Shown: piece after piece, positions 23,772-34,448 of the stretch
Numbering within the stretch: the stretch's first letter is position 1
How the letters are laid out: every line of letters starts with the position of its first letter
NCBI GenBank assembly: GCA_004431415.1
Contig: QPMI01000184.1
Location: 140,494 to 204,493, forward strand
DNA length: 64,000 nucleotides
Origin: Cyanophora paradoxa CCMP329
Taxonomy: Eukaryota; Plantae; Glaucophyta
Reading direction: 5' to 3'
Made by a program: the position numbers and the translations under genes
The notes under the pieces: model-generated
The model's input: only the letters and a program-made list of their open reading frames with translations
Told to the model about the DNA's origin: nothing
Database searches by the model: none

Positions 23772-24314
23772 ATGCCCGGCCGACGGCTCGCGTTCCAGGC
23801 GTCTCTGGCGCCGGCACCGTCGCTGGTAGTTGCACCTTCCAGCGTTCAGAGGCCGGCGCTGTGCGTGCGAGCCTCTGTGCCGGAGCGCGCGACCCGGGCC
23901 CCGGACGCACAGCAGCGGCAAGCTTCCACATCCGATGCGGATGGGAAGGTGAGCGCATAGCTATCCACTTCCACCGCGTCGGCGTAGGCCGGTCTCCTGA
24001 TGCCGCACGCCGAAAGATCGGCCGGCGGGAGGCGCTTCGCTTCGTCAGCGCGGCGGCGGTGGCTTCGCTTGTAGCTTCCACTTCAGCGCCTGAAAAGGCG
24101 CGCGCGGACCAGTGGGACCTGCCCGACATCGACCTCGAGGAGGGCGTGCGTCCTGACCGCGAGCCCCGCGCGCCCGCCTGACTGCGCGGCTGTCCTGCAG
24201 AAGAAGAAGCCTCCCGCAGCCGTCTGGGAGTACTTGGTGTTCTTCGGCACTCCCGCCACCCTGGTCTACTACGTCTGGGAGAAGCAAATCAGGCGCTTCT
24301 TCGGTATCCGGTAG
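23772..24314 (+). CDS. Small nucleus-encoded thylakoid membrane protein with a twin-arginine (Tat) lumen signal
   Basis: Transit-like MPGRRLAFQASLAPAPS...LCVRA, then |IGRREALRFVSAAAVASLVASTSAPEKARA (RR motif and AxA), then DQWDLPDIDLEEG|KKKPPAAVWEYLVFFGTPATLVYYVWEKQIRRFFGIR*. Two canonical GT-AG introns. Confidence 0.6.
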
Positions 24315-25848
24315 CTCCGTGCTGCACCTCGCTTCCCTTTCCTCCCTCCCTCCCTTCGATCATTTAGCCCCTCTCTGTATCTTTTCTTCTGGAGTGCACA
24401 TTCCGTGAAAGGTCGCCTGCCGGGGACTCCTCGAAGAGCATGCAGCATTTCGCAATCAGGACCGGGGGTATTCTGCTGGATTTGTGCGTTCTTGCTATGG
24501 ATATCGCACTTGGTTAATGTGCTATATAAGCGCCGTGGGAGCACTGAAGGAGCACCCAGGCACCGCGGCAAGCGGACAGAATAGTGAGTACTCGAAACCT
24601 CCTGCGCTATTCTATGAGAAATGTGCTAAACTAAACTTCAAGCTATGCGGACTCAAAAATGGAGAGGCTCGCCTCAGGGCGCCACCGTCCATCTACAGGA
24701 AGCAAGAAGGGCTTCAGAGGAAGCCGCCATAGTCTGCAAAGAAACAAAGATTGGCCGAGAAGAGGAGGGAGCACAGCAACCGCAACTATTTGAAAGCCAC
24801 GTGGTACGACGGGGCAGCCGCGGAAAGAAAGCTACTGGACGAGATAGGGGGACGGCCATCGTCTGTCGCTTCTACTGCTGCACGGAGCGCGTCGTCGTTG
24901 AGATCGATCTTCTTGCACTTTTGTTTCCCTATTGCCCGCAGGCTGCGAGTCTGCCGGGCCGCGCTGATCGACTGGCTCTCTCGTGGGGTGGGCGGTGACA
25001 CAATCAGCTCCACCTGCGGTTGGGAGCGCGACCGCAGCAAGTGGCAGTCTGATGGATCCGAAAGTGACGGCCCCGGCAGAGGTAGCAGATGAGCGCACTG
25101 CCCGGCGAGAGGTCAACGGCGGCGAAACATGGAGAGGTCGCAAGCTCTCGAACAGCAGCGCGTTAAGCCTCCTAGGCGGTCCTAGACAGCAGCAACTACT
25201 TGCAACAGCTCTAGGCGAGGCGAAAAGCGCCAAACCTAGCAGAGCGCACGTCTCGGGTCTTGTACGCGACTGGCGACGTGGGAGTCCAGGTCAATGCCGA
25301 CGGGAGCTGGGGATCAGACATCATCCTTCAGCCCATGCGTCCCGTCACGACCGAAGCTGCCAAAGCTGCCCAAAGCACGCCGGGGGCCGGGGTTGCCGGG
25401 GTGCAGTTCCCCCTCGAGTTCACTGGGCGGTTCTTTCTTGCCGGCTGATTGGTCTCGCTAGCGTTTATTAAGCTAGATACAAGCTGAAGCCACGTCAAGC
25501 TGCTGAACCGGCGGTTTGCGTTGGGGAGGAAGGGATCGCTCTGGGGGGGGTATCGTTCGTTGGCAGAATCCCAGCAGGGAGGCGCTAGGGTCGTCACAGG
25601 AGACGCGCCAGGCTCGCTCCAGCGGCGGATCTGATTGTGGAATCAACTTGTCTGTCACATTCGTCTGCGTGCGTTGGCACCGCCCGATAGCGCAATCCGT
25701 CGGCCTGGGAGGTCGGGCGAGGCACGGGCGCGCCGAAGCCTCTTTAGAGGGAGTTTAGAGCCTTTATGGCCTTTCGGTGGCCGTCTGACAGCGCAGACTT
25801 CCTGGCCCTCTCCACTCAGCCCTGATCTCGCCCCGCGCCTGCAGGAAG

Positions 25849-27672
25849 ATGAACGGGCACATAAAGACCATGAAAGTCTTGCCCAACCCGGCATTGAAGA
25901 ATGTGAAATACGAGATTCGTGGGCCGCTCAACCGCCGTGCAGATGAGCTCGCTCAGTGCGCCCGTCACCGCCCCTTCGCGCCGAGCGCCGCGGCGTGGCC
26001 GTTGATGCTGTTGTTTCTTTCTGTTGTGCAGGCAGGGCGCACAGATCATCAAGCTGAACATCGGCAACCCCGGCGCATTCGGTTTCCGCACCCCAGAGCT
26101 CCTGCGCCAGGCGGTTGTCGACCACCTGGAGGACAGCGAGGGATACGTGCACCAGAAGGGTGTTCTTTCTGCACGCAAGGCGATTGTGGACACGTTCACC
26201 GAGCGAGGCATTCCCGGCGTGACCCCAGACCATGTTTTCATCGGCAATGGTGCGCCGCCCCTTGTCGAGAGAGCCTCCCGGCCGCCCACCGACCTTTTCG
26301 CGCAGGTGTCTCAGAGCTGATTATGATGGCTATGCGCGCGCTCATCTGCCGCTTTGACGAGGTCATGGTTCCCAGCCCGGACTACCCGCTCTGGACCGCG
26401 TCGGTCGTGATGCACGACGGCACGCCTGTGCACTACCCGTGCAAGGTGGAGAATGGGTGCGAGCACTCTACGCGCATGTCGGCCGGCTGCGGCGCAGGCT
26501 GAGCGCCCGCTTGCAGCTTCCTTCCCAAGGTGGAGGATCTGGAGGCGCTGGTGACGCCGCGCACGCGCGCAATTGTCGTGATCAGCCCGAACAACCCGAC
26601 GGGCGTTGTCTATCCCGAGGAGACGCTCAAGATGATTGCCGACTTCGCGGGTGACTCCGCGCGCTGCGGCCCTGCCGCGCGGGCGCCCAGCTGACGGCCG
26701 CGCCCCCGCAGAGAGGCACAACCTGGTGTTGTTCAGCGATGAGATCTATGACCACATGCTCTACGACGGCGCCCAGGTGCGCGCGGGGAGCGCGCCGCCG
26801 CCGCTCTCGCCCTGGCACTGGCGCGGTTCCGAATTCGAGCGGCCGGCGCGCAGCACATCTCGATCGGGCGCTTTGTGAAGAAGACGCTGTGCGCGACCTT
26901 CGGCGGGCTGTCGAAGGTGTACCGCGCGTGCGGCTTCCGCGTCGGCTGGCTCGTCTTCAGCGGCAACGTGGCGGCCGGCGCCGACTACTTCATGGCGCTG
27001 GACCTGCTCGCCGGCCTGCGGCTCTGCAGCAACGCGCCCGGCCAGTGGGCCGTCGAGACCGCCCTCCGCGGCCACCAGACCATCCACGAGCTCACCAACC
27101 CCGGCGGCCGCCTGTACCAGACCCGGAAAGCGATCATCGAAGGCGTCAAGAAGAGCAAGTACCTCCGGCTCGCGCAGGTGACCGCAGCGCCGCGCCGCGC
27201 CGGCGTCGAGCCGAGCCGCGGGGCGCTGAGCCTGGCGCAGATCCCGGACGGGGCGATGTACGTCTTCATCGGCGTGAACAAGGAGCTGCTGCCCGACTTC
27301 GACGACCAGAAGTTCGGCATGGACCTCCTCGAGCAGAAGCACGTCCTCATCGCCCCCGGTGCGCCGAAGCGCGGCGCCCCAGCCGCCGGCCGCCGGCGCG
27401 GGCGAGGCCCTGACCCTCGCGGCGGGGGCAGGGACGTCGTTTAACGTGAAGTACAACGACCACTTCCGCCTCACGCTGCTCCCCAACGAGGAGACCGTCG
27501 CCGACGTCTTCCACCGGATAGGCGTGCCCGCGCCCGTCCCCGTCCTTCCGCCCCTCTCACACTGCCTGCCCTCTCAGAGGACGTGCTGGACGGGTACGCG
27601 AAGGAGTACGAGAAGAGGCGGGCAGAGATGCTCGACAGCCCCTCGAGGCGGATGTCGCCCCTCTCCGCATGA
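25849..27672 (+). CDS. alaA: PLP-dependent alanine aminotransferase of the bacterial AlaA/YfbQ type
   Basis: LKNVKYEIRGP, IIKLNIGNPGAFGF, IGNG|VSELIMMAM, PSPDYPLWTA, SPNNPTG, SDEIYD, GGLSKVYRACGFRVGW (PLP Lys), RLCSNAPGQ and DHFRLTLLP. Eight short introns were inferred. Confidence 0.9.
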
Positions 27673-28455
27673 GTTGGCGGCCTGCCAGGCACCTCCTCCC
27701 TTTCTTCTCTTCCCCCTTTCTTCTTCGTCCCCCTCCGCCCCCTCGCACGCACGTCTCCGGCCGCGGATTCCAGAGCTAGTAGATGGCACTCCGCGCCTCG
27801 AGGTTTTCCCCTTCGCCAGCAGAACAGGATAAGGGCCCATTTTGTCGCGCGGGCTGTGCTCCGCTCTCTCTCAAGTAAGTATCGTGCACATACCGTAGCT
27901 GCAGCCGCTCGGCTGTTTTGAGTGCGAGAGACCCGCGAGGTAGTCTTCTTCTGTTTCAATCTGCAGAAGAGTCCGTCTCCGAAGGAAGCTGCCGTCATTC
28001 ACGGACAGAGGAAAGGGAGAATCGTCGTGCGCACGTGCCCCGAAAATGCATCATGGCATGGATTCGGGTTCGAAAATCAGACTGTTCGATTTCATGACAA
28101 AGGAAATATTATGCATCATTTGATTTGCTGTCTGTCACGACGTCTACAGTGGCTATGAGACACGAGACGCAACTGCAAAAATTGAAATATAGTACACGAT
28201 GCGAAATGCAAGAGCTGTGTTAACTTAACTAGAGCGGATCGGAGAGTGAGTGAGGCGATTGGAGGCAAGAAATTCGAAGCAAGACCGCATTCGCCGAGTC
28301 TAATCAAACACGGCCAAGGATCATCGGGTCGAGCCAATGGACGGCCGGGGTGAAGGCGACGCTAGATCAATGCCTGATTTGGTGAAGAAGATTGAGATGA
28401 AATGTGAAAGTAATTAGGTAGTGAGCTCCCGAACTTCGGCATGCCAGAGGCCGCC

Positions 28456-29129
28456 TTAGTTCTTCTTGAGGGTGAAGTTGGTGATCTTCACGAGGCCGCC
28501 GATCATGCCCTCGAACGCCTTGAAGTGCGCGTCCCAGCCGGAAACTTGGTCCTCGCCGACGTACATCTGCGGCCACGCGGGTCGGCTATCAAGAACGTGC
28601 ACAGACGCCGGAACGGCCGTCCGGGCGGGACTGACCTTGGGCTCGACAGCCCAGGTGTTCATGAGACCGTTCTCGCGGTCGAAGGTGATGCCCGTGCGCG
28701 GCTTCCGCTCGCGGCCCTTCATGAAGCTGTCGAAGTCCTTCATCTGAAGCACCATACACGTTAGCCGCCGGAACGACGCCGACCTAATTATGACGACCCG
28801 CGGGGCGCGCGCAGTGCGCGCGGGCCCGCAGGTGCTTCATTTGCGCTATTTAAACATTCTTAAGCGCGTGGGAAGGCACTGTAAGGGTGCGCGCGCCGAA
28901 TGCCGTCCGCACGTGCGGATCCCGCTAGACTCGCAACCGCGGCCTGGGCAGCGCTAACCTCCTCGGGGATGGCCCACGACGCCTTGTTCGACTCGGAAGT
29001 AGACGCCTCCTCCTTGGTGCTCGGCTCGGCCTCGGCGCGCACGCAGAACTTCGCCGGCGCGGCACGGGCCGACTGCACGCTGAAGCGCGAGGTGCTGGGG
29101 CGGACGGGGGTGGAGACGACGAAGGCCAT
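28456..29129 (-). CDS. Plastid-targeted small protein with HliA/HliB-Psb34-type motif, paralog B
   Basis: MAFVVSTPVRPSTSRFSVQSARAAPAKFCVRA...WAIPEE|MKDFDSFMKGRERKPRTGITFDRENGLMNTWAVEPK|MYVGEDQVSGWDAHFKAFEGMIGGLVKITNFTLKKN*. Clear paralog of 20762-21487. Confidence 0.7.
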
Positions 29130-29529
29130 TTCGACTGCTGTGCTGGCGCGTGCTTTCGTTTTGCAAAAGTTCTAATGAAGTGACGAGTTCTGATGCGCGA
29201 GTCGGTTTTGGGGCGGGTCAAATTTGCAACAAGCACTCTATCCCCCCCCGCGCGCACGAATCGAAAAGCTGCCTGGGGGTACAGGCAGGTTTGTTAGGGT
29301 ACAGGCGTCTGCCAACCTCGCGCCGCCAGCTCTGTCGTGCTTGTTCTCGCCTCCGTCGGTTGCCATCTTCGAGCAACGGCGCTGACGCCGACCGGTTGTG
29401 CGTGCCCCTCGCACGGTGACCCGTCGCCGCCGCCGCCGTACGTGCAGGCCCCAGATCTACGTGCAGGCCCCCAGAACGCGCAGGCCCCTGCGCCAGAGCT
29501 GTCTACAGCGTGCACCGACGCACTCAAGC

Positions 29530-30264
29530 ATGAGTGGCTCGGCGCCGACCTGTGCCGTCCTCGGCGCCGGCCCTACGGTCTCTGACGCGGCCGAGCCGCT
29601 GAACGACCTCGTACTCGAGTCTTCTCCATCTCTTGCCCCGCTGGAGGAGTTCAGATCCCCGCGCGGCGAGGAGGGGCGTCAATTCGTTCCAGGGCGGGCG
29701 GCCGTCAAGATTCCCCGTGCGGGAGCCAGCTCCGCTAGCTCGCGCATGAGCGCCAGCTCGAGCCGCCGCAACTTCCTCGTCGATCTGCTCACAGCATCGT
29801 CGGCTTTCCTGTCGCTGAGGAACCCCGAAGTCTCCCAGATGCGGCGCGTCCTCCCGCCCACCCTCGCCCCAGATCTCGACATTCTCGACCACATCGACTG
29901 GCATGCGCTGCTTCCGAGTCGCGGCATCGACGCGGAGCAGATCTCGAAGCTGCCGCGCTTCGTGGTCGCGGCGGCGGCGGTGGCGGCGGCGGCGGCGGCC
30001 CCCTGCAGCGTCTGCCTGGAGGAGCTGGCGGAGGGGGAGAGGGCCCTGCGCCTCCCGTGCTCGCATCACTTCCACGAGCAGTGCATTGCGAAGTGGTGCC
30101 CCCGCCCCCCCCCCCCCCCCCCCCCCCCCCGGCACCCTGATCGATATTGCTGCGGTGGTTTGGCCTCCTGACCGCCCCGCCCCCGGCCCGCGGCCGGCCC
30201 CGCGCGCAGGCTCGGGACCGACGCCCGCTGCCCGAACTGCCGGCAGAGCTGCTCCAGCCTCTGA
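29530..30264 (+). CDS. RING-H2 E3 ubiquitin ligase
   Basis: GIDAEQISKLP...CSVCLEELAEGERALRLPCSHHFHEQCIAKW|LGTDARCPNCR. The start is uncertain. Confidence 0.85.
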
Positions 30265-30749
30265 GCCCGACCGCACGCCATCTTTCTCTGTAAGATACTC
30301 GATGTCACTTCTCTCGGCTGCACCACACATAATGCTTTGAACTTCTAGATTGTAAATTAGCTTCTATCTGCCCGGCACTTCCAGGCAGCACCCTTGTCGG
30401 ACCGTTTCCACTTCTGCTCCACGCTGCACGCGTACGTGTGCACGTGGAGCCTGTACATGTACTACACGTTGTAATTGTACTTTACCCTGTTGTTCAATAT
30501 AGTTAGGCAGCCACTGTACCATATTACAGCTACTAGGGCTTCGAAAATCTGTTGTATTCGTAGGACTGGACTGCTCACTAGCTATCGCTGCAGGGCTCGC
30601 TCGGCCCTTGCAGTTCTCGCGGAAGCGGCCCCTGTCGGGCCCTGTACATGTATGTGCACAATACAGCAGCAGCAGCGTTGACCAGAACCGGAGGCCTAGG
30701 GCCTAGCCTAGGGTGCCTCGGCCGATAAGGTGGCTTACTGTGCGTGTGG

Positions 30750-32267
30750 CTAGCTCGCGGTGCAGGAGGCGAGGGCGGGGCCGGCGTGCTGGCCGGCGGC
30801 CGGCTCGCGCAGGAAGACGTCGTAGAGGACGCCGAAGTGGTCGGAGGGCCACACGGGGCGCCGCCCCACCCGCTCGTCCTCCTCCTCCCCCACCTGCTCT
30901 GCTCATCACGCACAGGTCTGCATCTGGAGGAGGCGGGGCGGGGCCGGGGCCGGGGCGCGCGCGCCTGCTCGGTGCCGACGATGGTCGCCTCGACCCGCTC
31001 GATGTCCGGGCCGCGCCAGTACCTGCGCCCGCTTCCCCTGCTCGGGCCGCGCACGGCCAGGGCGAAAGGAGGTGGCGGGCAGGCTAGGGCCGCTCGAGCG
31101 CACATGCGGTCCAGCCGGTTCTGGTACTTCCCGAAGTTCATCTTGTTCGCCTGCGCCCAGCCGGCCGGCGTCTTTCGAGCCCCGAGCGCGAGGGCCGAGC
31201 TGGGGCGGGGCGGGGCGGGGCGGGGGCGGGGCGGACGAGGCAGTCGTAGGTGTAGCCGGGCCCCTGGCGGGCCTCGTCCCAGGCGTCGTTGAGGCCCTCC
31301 AGCGCCGGGTGCCGCTCCTCCGCGCTCAGGATGTTCGTGTCTGGGGCGACTCAGCGCGGGAGAAGGCGGGCGGGGCGGGCCTAGTTGAAGGCCCAGGGCC
31401 CTCCCTCCGCCCACACACCTCCCCAGAAGATCGCGTTGCGCTGCCGCCGCATGGCCGCCCGGACCTGCCCCGAATCAGATCCAGGGGGCGGGCGGGCGAG
31501 GGGGGGGCGTGGTGGCGGGCCTCCACGATCTGGGCCTCGCGCGTGCGCGCGCTGTTGAGGGACTCCAGGTGGGCCGTGAAGACGGACACCGCCGTGGGCC
31601 CCACGCGCACCTGCCAACAGGCGTCGGCCGAGGAGGCGGAGCGCATCGGAGGGGCGCGCTCGCCTCGGCGCCGAGGAGCTCGCGGCCCATGCGCGTCTCC
31701 GTGAAGGCCTGCATCTCCGGCTGGCGCGTGAAGGGCAGCCTCGAGAAGAGCACCACGCCGTACGAGTTCCGCAGCGTCCGCCCTGGCGCGCGCCCCGCTC
31801 AGCGCGCGCCCGGTCGAGAGCCGCACTCCGTTTCTGGCCGCGGTCGTCCTAGAGCAAGAGCCCTATAGCTAGCGCTATTTCGTTGGCACATGCACAGCGC
31901 GGCGCACCGGTCCCTGGGTCTGATCTGTACGGATACTCCCGCATAACAGGATGCATCTGCGCGGCCGGCCCCTCCCTAAATCGTATCTAGATCAGATGAA
32001 GCGCATGCGCACCGCGAGCTGGGGAAGGTTTTGCTCCGTGCACTGAGCAGCAGCTTAGCAGCGCCGCAAAGCCTCATAACGTACGCACACCTCTTGGAGC
32101 CCGATGATGTCGGGTGCATGCGTCGCGATGATGTCTCCAATCGCTTTCATACGAGCGCCCTCCGCGAAAGGATCGAACCAAACGTTGTAGCCGAGCGCGC
32201 GCAGCCGCATTTGTTCAACTGCTGGCAGTCTGCTGGCAGACTGCTGCGCGACCGGGGGTACACTCAT
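30750..32267 (-). CDS. TDP2: Endonuclease/exonuclease/phosphatase family protein, TDP2-like
   Basis: GYNVWF...RMKAIGDII...PDIIGLQE, TRMGREL, TAHLES, G|DTN, DAW, GYTYD..ANKM, RLDR and PSDHFGV. Confidence 0.75.
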
Positions 32268-32579
32268 TACGAAGCAAGCCTGCCGGGGACTTCGCAGGAA
32301 TGGACTCGTTCGAAAACCTGCCTCTGGGCGAGTTCGTCCACGGCGATATCCCGACGCCCCAGGCGCCGCCGCCGCCGCCAGTTAAAAAGTGCCCGGAAGC
32401 CAAGTGTGTGGTCTGCGAGAAGTACCTTGGCGCTCTCCAGGTGCATTCTTTGTAGTTTTCGCATTCTCCGCGCGGCCTTGCTGGGATAACCGCCGCGCCT
32501 TCTTCACCTGGTGTGGCCCGACCTCTTGTACCGGAGGCCACTCCTTGTAAAGCGACCTGCATAGCTAGATTGTCGGCAC

Positions 32580-33380
32580 ATGTGGCGCTTGTTCCTCTGC
32601 CTGGCGGCGGCCTCCCGCCTTCCTCGACTAACGGTTTCGGCGTCGTCCCCGGGGATTCCTATTGCGATTCGACTTGTCAAGTTGCATAGTATAGCTAGAT
32701 CGTCGGCTCATCCGGCGCATGATATAGCATCGACCGCCATCATCCGTTTCTCACGGCCGGCCCCCGCAGACGGATCGGGACCCATTGGAGTATGGCCTGC
32801 GGCTGGATCGCTCTTTCTCCCACGTCGTGAATGCACATGAGCTCGGGAAGGTTCGCAACGATGAGCGCCTGTCACCGCCGCTTGCCCGCGGCGCCCGCGC
32901 CGACGAGCCCTGGCGCGCAGGTGCCGAATGCCGAGTGGACGAACCTTCGCGCATGGTGCGCGTCTCTCCCGCGCTGCGCTCCCTGTGCGCGCCGCTCTTC
33001 TGATCTCGGCTGCTCCCCGGCCCGGCCCCCGTAGCTACGAAGCGAAGAACAAGGTGCCGGCGGCGCCGGGGCCGGCTCACGCCAGCGGCGCGCTGCTGAC
33101 TCTCCGGGCGCAGATGGACGACATAGACGTGCGCAGCGGGAAGCCGATCGGGTACGTGGAGGAGGAGGAGCGGATAGACTTCCTCGACTTTGAGGGCCTC
33201 TGCGGCGCGGTGCATGCGCGCCGGCGGCCCCGTCGGCCCCGCCGGACCGCCGCTCACGCCGGCCCGCAGGAGGAGGCCTCCAGCGTGGAGGGCGGCGTGG
33301 CGGCGGCGGTGGCGGAGGAGGCTTCGTTCGCCGAGTTCGCGGACGAGGCGGTCGAGGCCGGCGAGTACGAGACCCTGTAG
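32580..33380 (+). CDS. Small hypothetical protein with an acidic C-terminus and a possible organellar targeting peptide
   Basis: Short exons with canonical borders: DRDPLEYGLRLDRSFSHVVNAHELGK|VPNAEWTNLRAW|YEAKNK|MDDIDVRSGKPIGYVEEEERIDFLDFEG|...EAGEYETL*. Confidence 0.5.
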
Positions 33381-34448
33381 GGCGCCCCACCATCCCTTCC
33401 CCGCCCCCTCGTCCGACTCCGTCGGGCCGCTCCCCTCCGAGGCTCGCCTCGCGGCCCCTCGTGCATGCTGGCGAGTAAATATCACTCATTTTTTCCATCG
33501 CGTGCTTTGCGGCACGGGGCAATGTTGAGGCCGACAGCGGAGCCTCGGAGCCAGTGCGGACCGCTCTTGGCATGCATCGGGCCCCGTGTGGTCCGAGGCT
33601 GAGCAACTCCGCACGCCCGGCGGCCAGAGAGCCCCGGAAACCTGGCTTTGGACCCGCGGAGCCTCGGCCTCGCTCCGGACAAAGAGGGCCGCGGAACAGC
33701 GAACTGGCCATGGATCTGACCACATGGGCGCACGGCAGTTGCGGCACAGGCTGTACATGATGTCGTGGACCCACAGCCTTTGGGGGCCGGTGGGGGGGGG
33801 GGGGGGGGGCGGGGGGCAAGCTTCATCAGCGGCTGTTGAAATTTTGTCTGCACACAGGGACACAAATGCACAACATCATCCGCAACTGTGCCTGTAAGCA
33901 GAATAAGTAAAGAGCATCGACTGACTGTGCCTGACTGACTCCATGTACGTCAGGTCTTGAGTGGAACCTTTTTAAACGACGACGTAGTGTAAATATATGG
34001 AAAGCCGCTACGAGAGACATTCACCATCGACAAAATTGGGCTTACGCCTTCTAAAAGTACAAATGGCCAAACGGAAGATAGCAAGGTTGCAAGCGGAGGC
34101 CAACGAAGGTCAGAGGCACCAACGACTATGTACAGTCGCAGCGGGCCGGAGCCCAGCTGCGCGTCTGCGATACAAAGTATGAATGCCTGGCATTCTAAAA
34201 TAGTGAAGTGATTGGGGGATGGCTAAACAATGCGGGATCTAAGCTGTCTACAGGTATTTTGCGGTCCTGCTGTACAAACTACGCGAAATAAGTAACGGTG
34301 CTGCAACAAGATACAGTGCATGAAGCATGAAGTGAAGAATTGTTCGGGAGGAAAGTAACAAATGCCGACCGCAACTGGCGGAGCGGCTCGAAAGAAATCC
34401 CAAGTGGCAAGCAGCTAGGTGCCCGAGGAGTCACACGGGGAACTTGTT

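Noticed and set aside
33480-34440. Short ORFs in the AT-richer spacer
   Set aside because: No recognisable motif or consistent splice structure; treated as intergenic.
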